Source of the DNA: Octopus bimaculoides
Taxonomy: Eukaryota
Direction of reading: 5' to 3'
DNA length: 56,405 bases
Assembly (NCBI RefSeq): GCF_001194135.2
Contig: NC_068993.1
Location: forward strand, 21,131,420 to 21,187,824
The translations under genes were made by a program, and so were the position numbers. Below the pieces are notes generated by a model. It ran no database searches, was not told the origin of the DNA, and saw nothing but the letters and a program-made list of their open reading frames with translations. Below, in pieces: positions 13,150-24,711 of this stretch (the stretch's first letter is position 1; the number at the start of each line of letters is the position of its first letter).

Positions 13150-16100
13150 TCTGATTCGTTAGGTGTATGTTGGTACCAAGCATCAGTAATCTCATATCCA
13201 TACTTACGGCATAGTAGCCAGTGGAGGTTTTGGGTTACCTTATCGTGTCTACGCTTGTACTCTTTCTGCGCAAAATTTTCGCAAGCACTAACAATATGAG
13301 TCACATTTTCGACTCTCTTCTCACACATTCTTCAGAGGTCCGATGTACTTGTGTGGTATATATTCTTTTTCACTGAGTTGGTATTCAATGCCTGATCCTG
13401 AGCCGCGATGATTAGGCTTTCAGTATTCCTTTTTAGGTTACCCTTTTTAGGTTACCTCTATGGTGCTTCCTGGACTTTTAATTTGTTGGTTTCACAGTGG
13501 AAGTGACCATGTAATTCCATACGAAGTAGGGACTCTTCTCACTCTTTGGCTGTTCTATTTCGGAATTAACTTTTGTTAACTCCTTCTGAATTATCAGTAT
13601 ACTGTAACAGGTCTTCTTTGCTGTTTACCAAATATTCTGCCATGTTTCTCCTTTCACTGTTGATGCACTCCCGTACGCTAATCAGCCCACATCCACCCTT
13701 ACCTCTCTTCATGTAGAGCCTGTGTACATTTGTCTTTGGGTGGAGGGCAATATGCATTGTCATTGTCTTTCAGGTAGTGCGATCGAGTTGGTCAATCTCC
13801 ACTTTTGTCCATCTCAGGATGGGTGCACTATAGCGGACTACAGAAACAGCCCATATGTTGATGGCAGTCACAATGCTCATTGAGTTGAGCTTCGATATCA
13901 AGAGAAGTTTGAGGCACTTGAAATATGCAGTGGTGAACTTGTCTTACATTTCTCTGTGCAAGATATTGTCCAGTTCCAGGATCCCAAGGTACTTTTACCT
14001 ATCAGCGTCTGTGTCTTCCATTTTCTCTCCGTTTGGCTATTCTATGCACCTACAATTTACACTTTTCCCCCGCTTCAAAGACAGCATCGCACACTTCCAG
14101 ATACCGAATTCCATCATATATCCTTGCTGCACATTTGCACAGTCTCAACCAGTCTCTCCATTTCAGGCTCTATTTTTGCGAACAGTTTTAAATCATCCAT
14201 GGAGAGAAAGTATTAAGGATGAGGTCCGTTCTTTCTCAGCTCGTAGTGGACGTTGATTTTACGTAGGACTAAAGAAAGCTGGATCAAGGCTATAACAAAT
14301 ATAAGAGGTGAACAAGAGTCTCCTTGGAAGATACCTGTTTTGATTGTTACCTCAGCTAAGTGCTGGTTGTTACAGGAAAGACGCGTTTTCCAGCTAGGCA
14401 TGCTGTTCTTAATCAGTGCACACACGTTCTCAGCTATTCTACACATGTCCAGTGTTTCCAAAATCCACGAATACGGCAATTTGTCGTAAGCCTTTTTGAA
14501 GTCTATCCAGGCCATGCATAAGTTTTTTTTGGTACCGTTTACAGTTCTTCATTATAACCTTGGATCCTCTTCGGCATCCCTTTTGTTCTATTAGCAGAAG
14601 ATTGTTTTCCGCAAGGAACGTATATATATTTTCCCTGCGAGGTTATCTGTTAATACTTTCCATAAGAGGTTAAGACAAACAATGTGTCGGTAATTACCGA
14701 CATCATTGCCCTTAGACCGATCTTTCATTAACAATGTTGTTCTTCCTTCTACCATCTATAGCGCTCTGTAGGCGATTGTCTAATTGCATCGTAATTCTCT
14801 TCGTGTAGTGACCTAAACCACTTGAGCCAGTAGCCTTGAACTTCGTCTGGTCCTGCTGTTTTCCAGTTTGACAGTTTAGGTATCTATGCAAGGACATCTT
14901 CCGTTGTTATGCGCACATGGTCCTGTCGTGGAGCCACTGGTTGATGGAATTCGAAACTCAAGGAATGAATTCAATCAGCTCTGTGGCCGTGCGAAACTTC
15001 TTGACCCTTCAGGAGGTGTATCATCTTCTGTGTTTCCTCCTAAGCCCTTAAAAAAACTGCCTGTAGTTTGTTTGAGAATAACCGGTTTTGCTGGAACTGT
15101 GACATGCAGTCAGTGTAGCGTTGCACCTTTAATGTTTTTGCTCGCACACGTTGTTTTAGGGTTTCGATGACAGTTTTGAACCCTTTATTTTCTATTTGGT
15201 ACCTCGCGTCAAGATATACCCTTGCACTTTCTTTTCCATTTTTCTATTGCCCTTTGATCACTCTTCTGTGCAGCTCAGATCTTTACGCAAAGTTAGAATA
15301 CCACCTTTAATTCTCCGTTCCTTCCAACCAGTTCACCTACTAAAATTGAAGCGGATCTGAACAAGTCCCTTGTTTCTGTTCGATCTTTTGTCAAAATGTG
15401 TTTCAGAATCTCATCAACTTTTTCGGTCGAGCGTTTCACATTATTACGATCGAAGCTCCTTTAGATTCACCGGCTTGATCTCTGTTCTTGTACTTGTAAT
15501 TCTTATATTTTCGAGTCTTTTCCTCCGGTTTCTCTGTTCCTCAGTCATATCCTCCCTTATTTCAGGGTTTTCTACATGATATTGATTGGCCGGCCTCTCT
15601 TCCACTACAACTTCACTTTGCCTACGCATTCGCTGATCTTCACCTACGTTATTCCCCTCGAGATTCTTCCAACTACTGAGGCTTTTCCCGATTGTCTGAA
15701 TCTAGGCCTCATTAAGAAAACCTCTATTCCGAACTATTCTTATCTATTCATGAGTCCATTTTCAGTAATCTGGAACATACCCAGCTGGTCCCAAAGTTCT
15801 AATGATCTTTTCCGACAGCTTTACTTTTGCCATTGTTCTTGTCTAGCAAGGCTTGTTCATGGCACTGGATCGCCTTTTGGTTTTCGAGCGCGTTGCATAA
15901 TTTGACCAGTATAACGATTGTGTCTTGTAGCATGGCTATCAGTTGTTGGATTATGAGCGGGTCCACCCTGCTGCACAGTGGGGCACCTGCCGGGTGCGGC
16001 ACCTTCACCATTGGTTGTAGTCCCGTTCACACCGTTATCGTCATTTATTTTTTTGGCACTTTCATTCACAAATGTGATGTGTTTTTAGGTTACTGCCAAC

Positions 16101-16560
16101 AGGTGTTTTTATCGAGACGCCAAAGGTAGTCCATCAAGGCGGCAGGGTCCTTGCACCCCTGTTTTGGGGCTTGGAGCGTTCCTTCTCCTAGGTTGCCTGC
16201 CACCCAAGGCTAATTAGTACAGCCTACCCGGAGCACCGGTTATTTGGAGGTACCAGATACTCGCTTTTCCCAAACTGTTGGTTTCGCGTAGGAGTCGGGC
16301 TTGACTACTGTGACTAAGGAGTCTTATCTACACCGGTTTTGAAATCAGAGTATTCCTTCTCCTAGACAGACAACCATCCAGGACTCACGAGTTCTATCTA
16401 CCCGTTTTCGGAATGGCCATTGACTCTTTTCAGTTCCTCTGCCTTTTGCCGGGTTTTGTTTTTCGTCCCGCTGGGCGTCGATAATCCACCCTCCTCACCA
16501 AGCTAGCTTAGTGGTGTTGTCGGTTTAGTCGCCGACGACTTGGTTTCACAACATCACTTT
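13150..16560 (-). mobile_element. R4/Dong-type non-LTR retrotransposon, decayed, retains 5' UTR and lacks 3' RLE endonuclease end
   Basis: Ordered fragments on the minus strand: N-terminal RKRSLELWDQLGMFQITENGLMN; KQRVRAK...QQNRLF; NWKTAGPDEVQGYWLK; RT motifs MAWIDFKKAYD..PYSWI, GIFQGDSCSPLIF, SMDDLKLF; ALHPKTNVHRLYMKRGKGGCGL; zinc knuckle CEKRVENVTHIVSAC followed by QKEYKRRHD.V...LHW.LC. This layout is characteristic of R4/Dong elements. Many stops and frameshifts. Confidence 0.9.
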
Positions 16561-19500
16561 TTAATCATTCTGGATAATTATTGTTCACTATTATAATTAC
16601 CGTATTACTCCTATAATCCCAATCTTATTATTTACTTGTTGACTACTATAGTTTCACAATTACTCTTTTCCCCCGCTTCAAAGTAAGCACCACACACTAT
16701 TATTATTATTAGTATTATTAGTGGTTGTCGCAAACGGGCACATCTTTTAGCCTCTGATGTAAATAAATATTTTGCTTCGTTTGATAAATATAAATGAATG
16801 AATAAATAAAATGAATAAATAAATAAATAATCTGCTTTTGGATTATTTTCTGACAAGAAATCTAACGAAAGTGTGCTGTTTCATTCATTACATAAGGATC
16901 CCACAAAGTCTGTCTTTTAATCATTTATTTATTTTTAATAATATTTGTTTATTTACAATAGTTAAAGGCAGTTCTTTCGTCTGAACTAAAACCTGAGATT
17001 ATCATGAAACGATATAACATCGACCACGCCCATAAATTTTTCGGACAAAATTTACCGTAAATTGTAAGAAATAGCATAGACCATAAAAAAGGACACTGAA
17101 AGGAGAAACATTTATGATGGCATTTAAATAAACATATCCAAGTACAAATACAAACGAAGACCTTGACATTTCGGAAATTACATAGATAGGAATATGCAAT
17201 AACAAATATTTAATGTAAACATATATGATGGAAATAGGTAAAAATATTTGTCACAGTTCAGGCAATAACAAAAACACCTTTTCTAATTTCTTACGCTAAA
17301 AAAAGGTTTTGAATGTGTCACATTTCTTAAAAAAAAAAAAAAAACCCAGAAGAAAACCCCCAAAGAATCTGGGAGAGCTATGAGACGAAAAATTCTTCTT
17401 GCCAAATGATTTTATTAAGAAACATTAAGGGGAAAAGTGACTCTAACCCTTTTGCTAGAAACGTGGAAGACCTTTCAACGAGCCCATTAGTGTTCGTTAC
17501 TGAAAGGCCGAATCGATGTGTCACATAGCTCCGCGTTGCCCACTGGCCTCCGTGGGTGGGTAAGTGTGGTGAAAGTTTGTATAATTAGGAACACTATAAT
17601 ATAGGAAATTGACCTTGCCTCGTCACCATCTATGGAGTACAATATGTGTTAGCTGTTAGCGTCGAAGTGATCAAATATCACACAGCGTGATAAGATTTCT
17701 GCAAAAAACAGGCTCATCTTAATGACTCCCAGAGACCACATACTCATTCCGTAACCGTACCCCATTGTAAACGCAGAGAAAGTAAAAATAAAATAACTGG
17801 TGGAACAAGGAAGAATGTCTTGTTATTATATGTATGGAAGTAGGAAACACTTGAGGATTTTCAGTCCTGAATTGCTGGAAAAGAATGAGTAGCAAGAGAT
17901 CTGCGCAGCAGCAGAGCCATCATTAAGAGCAGCAAGATTCAGCATCTGCTCTGTTCAACAAGACCATCGGTTGCAGTTTCAAAATAGTCAACATGTCGTC
18001 TCACCCCCGGTGTCAAGAGTAAGCTATCGAGAACCACAAAAATCCAAGACGAACCTTTACCTCCTAATTGTGACAAACTAAGATGTACCACACCGGAAAA
18101 CGAATGAAACATGGACATATGTGATGAAATCTCAGGACAGTAAAAGATACCGAACAAAACCAATGAGCTAAACCGAATGATATCTAAACACACAAATCCC
18201 GCTCTAGACTATATCTCAAGATGTTGATAATTAGTCTGAGCTAGATCTAATTCAACATGCCAGCTTGTAATAAACAGTGTTCCAGTGTTGACTGTACCAT
18301 CTTTATATAACAATGTCACCCTGGTTTCTAAGGTGGATATCCAGAAGAATATCAAGAAGACTAATAATTATGATGATGTGCTATATGTGAAGTAAAACTA
18401 AGGGCCAGTTTTTCAGACATTCAGATATAATACTATTTAAATTCAAACCAACGGTCTAACGCACTGTCGAATAATTATCACTACATGAAGTTGGTAGGTT
18501 TCTCTAACACAGGAAAAGCTCAAAAGTGGCCTTTAAATGCTCCACAATCTGGTGTTACGAGAGACGCATAGCTTCATAACAAACGTCTTTATTACTCATC
18601 TATTTCTGCATACAATAGTTAATTGTAGTAAACAGAGTAGTAGCAGATACTGTTAGCTTGACATAACGAGTTCAATCGTTTCCTTAATATTGATATATCT
18701 GGAATGTAGATGAAATATCGAAGTTTGTTCCAAGGTGAGCGATTCTCAGTAGGATAGTTGCAAAAAACATTCTTTTATGATATAATTTAGGTGGTTTTCA
18801 AATAATTTTTTTTTACATATGCTGTAACGATTTATCAATGGCTAACATATAATACAAGATTGAAGTGGCAGCTTCAACATATAATACCACAGCTATCGTA
18901 TTTCCTCTGATATATAACATTGTATTAAATTTACAATATTGTTAAATTTGAATTATATGGCCTTAGTAGTAAAATGTGTTAGGAGCATGCCGTCAGTTTG
19001 TCATACTGTGTAAACAGCTTTGTCACATATAGTAAGTAACTTTCAGTAAATTAACTGTGGAGTCAGCATGCTCATGATAGGAAAATGTCATTTGCCATCG
19101 TTTTAGATTTCATCCAAGACTTGAGAATGAAATTGTTTACAAGAGAAGCATGTTATAGGTATACGGGTCTGTGAAATGTTTAACCACTTTTAAGTTAATT
19201 AAAAAATCGCTTGGTTCACTTGGTCGCACAACTAAATACTCATCGTCGAAATCAATGAAAATCCACTGACATTGTTTTGATTTTCTCTGGGCTCTGAGCT
19301 CAAATCACACCAAGATCAACATTGTCATTCATCCTCCCACAAGTTGGATACGTACCAATGATATTCTGGGTTCGATTCATCCCTTTTTTTTTCTATCTCA
19401 TAAAGGGATACGTTGCACTGAGAGAACGGTCACCGCAGACTACCCACAATGCCCTTTCTTCGTAAATGAAGAGATTGTTGAAAGAAATCCTAGTAACTTC

Positions 19501-19685
19501 TCATAGAACAAAAGATAGGGTACTGGAAATATCCAAGGACAGACGGATGTGTAGCATAGCAATGAACAGAAATAAAGTTCTTTGGATTTATAGACGCTGA
19601 GACAAAGTTGGATGCAACACATTTGTCGGGCTTAAGAGGAAATATTTGTACTTAACTTTCACTTGAAAGGACTGCCATAACTGTC

Positions 19686-19944
19686 GAAGTAGGAGCGCTA
19701 AGCAGTGATATGTATAAATGTAGTATTTTATTAACATTTCAAATGTGCTTGTGGCTAGTTTGAACTGATGAACAAGACGTTCATTGTGTTTTGTAAGGGA
19801 GAAAACTTCTCACTGTCGACAATGGTGTAAATACACCTAAATCAACTTGCAACGTACCCTTTAGACTGTGAGATGCAGCATTTCGGTGTAGTTATTTCTT
19901 CTTCGGTAACAGACACTGGGCAGAGGCCACTGCAAACTGATGAA
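19686..19944 (+). mobile_element. MITE-like element copy 1 (one TIR plus interior)
   Basis: Interior 19757-19944 is the reverse complement of 20098-20286; left end shares gaagtaggagc..taagcagtgatatgtataaat and a TIR-like segment with copy 2. Confidence 0.75.
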
Positions 19945-20025
19945 AGAGAGTGATTCTCTTATGCTATTTCAGTCATCGCATAATGGCCGATAACGCTACG
20001 CACCGGCTAACTGTAAGAAAATTAC

Positions 20026-20318
20026 GAAGTAGGAGCTGTTAAGCAGTGATATGTATAAATATTATGTTATTACCAGTTCAAATATGCTTGTGGCACGTTC
20101 ATCAGTTCACAGCGCCCTCTACCCAGTGTCTGTGACAGAAGAGGAGATAGCTACTCCGAAATGCTGCGTCTCTCAGTCTGGAAAGGATGTGCTGCGAACT
20201 GATCTAGGTGTATTTACACCATTGTCAGCTGCGAGAAATTTTCTCCATAACAAAACACAGTGAATGGCTTGTTTATGAGTTCAAACGTGCCACACGCATA
20301 TTTGAACTGGTAATAACA
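20026..20318 (-). mobile_element. MITE-like element copy 2 with 35-bp TIRs
   Basis: tgttattaccagttcaaatatgcttgtggcacgtt (20065-20099) and aacgtgccacacgcatatttgaactggtaataaca (20284-20318) are inverted repeats with one mismatch. Confidence 0.8.
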
Positions 20319-20374
20319 TTGCATCAATAACATCAACTACTTTCAGAATTCAGACGTTTTTGTTGTTTAAAACG

Positions 20375-20505
20375 AGGTAGTTGGTAAATTGGTAGAGTCA
20401 ATAGAGCATCGGATTAAATGCCTATAGTAGATATTTCGACACTGCGCTTAGAGTTCAAATCCAGCCAGATCAGCTTTGTCTTTCATAATTTCAAGGTCAA
20501 TGAAA
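20375..20505 (+). mobile_element. Old SINE family B fragment
   Basis: gagttcaaatccagccagatcagctttgtctttcat...ggtcaatgaaa resembles the family B gagttcaaattccgccgaggtcgactttgcctttcat...ggtcgataaa segment. Confidence 0.5.
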
Positions 20506-20829
20506 AACCACGAATGTAGCACGATAGATTAGCAGAAATTTAAGAACACCCGGCTTGATGCATTGCGGTATGTGTTCCGGTATTTTGTATTCTGTCTCCA
20601 ATTGCTGTCATGATTTAGTTGAGTGGTAAATTAATCGGTTGCGCGGTTTAATATTATCAGAGGGAAAAAAGAAGAAAGAGAGAATGGTAAAAAAGTACAT
20701 GGCGCAGAACATTGATGGTCGACATGTCAAATTTGAATATCAGATGGGTGGATTTAACGAATACCTCAGCCAACAGAAACCAGTGGTGTCAATGTGCTCA
20801 AAGCGGACATGCACACATACACACAAACA

Positions 20830-20895
<66 letters not shown>

Positions 20896-20897
<2 letters not shown>

Positions 20898-21020
20898 GGG
20901 TCCACAATGTTTGGATACATGGAGTAAATAAAATCATGACATAAACAATTAAATATAAGAAATAATAATTTCTTAAAGTATGTGTTAATCCCCATGTACC
21001 CAGACTTTGTGGACACCCTG
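20896..21020. mobile_element. 125-bp Tc1/mariner-type MITE with TA target duplication
   Basis: TA|cagggtccacaatgtttggatacatgg ... ccatgtacccagactttgtggacaccctg|TA; CAGGGTGTCC-type TIRs flanked by TA. Confidence 0.88.
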
Positions 21021-21099
21021 TATATATATGTATATAATATACTATTTACATATACATTACACACGCATACACACACAACATATCTTTAGATGATGATTC

Positions 21100-21225
21100 T
21101 CCATATAGTTTTCGTTTACCAAGTCAAGTGGAAGTTATGGGTAGAAGACACCTATCCACTCTGCCGTGGAATGCAATGGATTCCGGAATAACTCGCCGCG
21201 ACGAAAGAAACTTTTTGACCTTACA
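21100..21225 (-). mobile_element. Old SINE family A head fragment
   Basis: agttttcgtttaccaag...gtagaagacacctatcc...tgccgtggaatg...ccggaa similar to the 1902-2030 copy. Confidence 0.5.
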
Positions 21226-21717
21226 TCTATTATTAGTAGCGGCGTATAATACACGTTTAGTATCTCAGATAGTGTTAAGACAATATTTTGCTCCGCAGTT
21301 AGAATTCTGTAAGTTATTTTACTCTTCGTTCCACTTTCTTATGGCTATTAACATAAAATTCTATTTATAATCTTGTATCAGTTACGCAAACCAACTACGA
21401 ACAAGAGTTCAATATTTTAAAGATTCCACATTACCATCTTAAGAATATCTTGTGAGTGAAATTGAGAAAGAAAAACTGTATGAAAGCCTGTCAGATGGAT
21501 TGAACTTGTTAATGAAGGGTCCAGCTTAGGTATACTCGGTCACACTGTTTCTACCTGAGAGTTACACTGAGAGTACATGTATCCGGGAATTATTTAGTTA
21601 CTTACAACGCAAATTCAATGAACCAAATAGTTCTGTAAATCGAAGACATGAATAATCCTGATCCATTTTACATTAAGTTTCGTAAACCAATAATGTCTTT
21701 AATATATCATCGCTGCC

Positions 21718-21719
<2 letters not shown>

Positions 21720-21793
<74 letters not shown>
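21720..21793. repeat. (TAA)n microsatellite
   Basis: Perfect trinucleotide array. Confidence 0.98.
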
Positions 21794-21794
<1 letters not shown>

Positions 21795-24244
21795 TCGTAA
21801 GCGTGACTGGGACACTGAAATTGCAATATGTTATATTATGTGTGTGCATATATATATATATATATGTGGGTGGGTGGGTTTGTATATATTTTTTTCCTAT
21901 ATGAGATATACGCTTGTACACTATATCACATGACATGTTGATGTGCCTTTTCTGTCATTGATCTTACAATACCTTCATTGGGTGTGATACGTTGTCCTTT
22001 TACGTAATGTTATTGCTTGTGTCATCGAATATTGCTTAACAGTTAAATATATATATATATATAAACGTTAAAGCAATATTTCATAGCATATCCTTTTTAT
22101 TCCTAAAATCTTTTCACTGTTTCTTTACCTTCGATGATACATGGGGCGTTACTAAAATATTTACATCCCGCATTATGAACCAAATTTTCAGTGACGAAAT
22201 AGTTCAAAGTTGCAAATGGTGATAAGTAAACGCGACACTCGTATCGAATTCACCAAGCATATTCACTTTAGCTGAATTCATAACCAGATTTTATCTCCTA
22301 AATATCCTTTCATACCATCTCCTGCTGTAGTAAGCTAATTTGCGATAGATCACAAACAATATATACGTTATATAACAAAAAACATCCCACATTATATGCA
22401 GCAGAAACATACGTTTATGCGTCTTGTGCTTGCAATGTGTGGTGTGATTATATACAATTATTCTATTATTTAAGATGTAATATTTCATATAATTCTAAGA
22501 AATGCCTTGAAGAGTTAATGCTTGAATTATAGTTGAAAATGATTTTATTATACACTAGTATGTTATACAATGTTATTGGACAAAATATATAATTATCTTT
22601 ATGTGTTACATTTGTATATAATGTGAGATGGATTTGTTATCGTATACCGTATACGTCGTTATGTGACATCTCATCAGATAACTTATTGCTAGTTGAAATA
22701 ATCTGAAAGGTACTATGTTAACACCATTTAGGACATTAGGTCTGGTAAAGTATTCAGTTATAGTACATATGACTGGACTTTTCGAAACGAGTGTCGAATT
22801 CACTTATCGCCATAGCACTTTAAACATTTTGGTTGCCGAATATTTGTTTCGTAATATAGGATGTAAATATTTTAGGAATGCGTTGCATGTCATGGAAAAG
22901 AAACAGTTAATTATACTGTCAGAAGTTTTAGGGAAAAATGCACTTAGTTATTTTAAGTGTGACTGTAATTGGAAATGAAACCGGAAGCGGTTGTTTAAAC
23001 GTCCTAGGTTAAATCTGACGTTTAGTAAATATAAGTTCAATGTTTCCGCTAGTAATTTAGTAAGGCTAGAGCGATGTAAATATGCAGCCTTTTAGGATGT
23101 TGATGGTATTTAACTTTTACTTTCTGGTTGGACCAAAAAATACTATTTGAAATAAATAGTACGGTAATATGGTGACTGAATCACCTAGTTGTGTGAGGAA
23201 GTACAATTTAGAGAATGATTGACACATTGATATAAACAAGGTCTTGCTGCAAATCATGGACATAGAAAGATAAATAAATACAACCTATAAAGAATAATCA
23301 ATTTCTAATATTGCCTTCACACCTCTTATTATTGAACATAGTCAGCGATTCTAGGATAGTTCTTTGCAGTTTGCTTTCGTAATTAGATTTCATAATATTA
23401 ATAACATCGCCTGTATTTTTCTTTATCCAAATCAATTATCGATCTGTCAATGCAAATGTCCCATTAATAACATTGGGTTTATGATGATACACGGTTCCCA
23501 AATGGAGAATCGGAAGTGTAGATGAGATAGCTAACGGGCATCAAGAAAAAATAGGAAAGCGAATAGAAAAATAAACTGAAGTGACTGGAAGGCATTTTCG
23601 TACACACGACTGAGCTATTTTTTTTTTAGACCAGAAGGGAAATACACTTTAATCTATATGCAGCTCTTTTTCCACGATAATAGATTTCTGAAGGTATAAT
23701 TTTGTTATCAAACGTCAACTCTGTGCCGTACATCTCAGAATTTGAATTTCGCTTTTTACTGAAAATAATGGTCATGTTTTCTGCATATCAGAATATAAAA
23801 AAACCCCTCAGAAACATCATTTAGTTCTGTCATGTAGTGTTGAAAAATGTTTAAATGATTTTAAACATCTAAACAACAACAAAACAACAGTTTTATATGT
23901 GGTGTTCTAGACGAACTACGACACTTTTTATAGGTGATCCAAGATGAGGTGATGCAAGGAAACTTTTCTTCTTGGACATAAGTATAGTGGACACGCATTA
24001 AACGAATATGTCCTATAATTCATTAGATCGTAATATCGTAACTGAATGGCTTTTCAGGAGCAAGGTATCGTAGAGTATCCGATCATCATCCTATTCGACT
24101 CACGTAAAAACTGAAAAAAAAAAAATACGTTGGTGATGTGTACAATATTTGAAGCTGTTTTAATTGGTTTGTTAATGCTTACATACTTTGTCCATGCATA
24201 CAATCCTTCTTAGAAATATACGCAACTTTGCAAGCTCTCCTACC

Positions 24245-24283
<39 letters not shown>

Positions 24284-24456
24284 ATATAATTTTCTACAGA
24301 TATTACTTGGAAACTGCCAATTATTCATCAATTGCATGAATGCTACAATGACGGAATCGACGTGTTGAATTTGAGAACAGATTCTGGGATTGAAAAATAA
24401 AATGCTGAATCTGAAGATCCGTAAATAGCAGTCTTGGGTATTGTCTAACTTAATGC

Positions 24457-24711
24457 ATCAAACTGAAAACCTGTATATGACCAATAAAAAACACCAGGAG
24501 GAAAATGTGCCATCATATTTCATGCAATAGAACTGATAGAACCCGATGAAATAAATGAAAAAATATCGTGTAAAACCTGTATTTGACCAATAATCAAACT
24601 GAAAACCTGTATTTGACCAATAAAAAAAACCAGGAGGAAAATGTACCATCATATTTCATGCAATAGAACCGATAGATCCCGATGAAATAAATGAAAAAAT
24701 ATCGTGTAAAA
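24457..24711. repeat. 119-bp tandem duplication with 17-nt templated insert
   Basis: 24457-24575 and 24593-24711 are near-identical (a few substitutions); the spacer cctgtatttgaccaata copies an internal part of the unit. Confidence 0.93.

Noticed and set aside
17459-17559. Plus-strand acceptor/donor pair (gctag|...gg|gtaagt)
   Set aside because: All three frames contain stops; it could only be a UTR or start exon and there is no supporting evidence.
17866-18028. Frame with a single in-frame TAG before a good donor, tempting as an A-to-I recoded stop
   Set aside because: No homology and no editing evidence; purely speculative.
24457-24711. Repeat-spacer-repeat pattern resembling CRISPR
   Set aside because: Only two 119-bp units, the spacer is copied from the unit, eukaryotic context, no cas genes.
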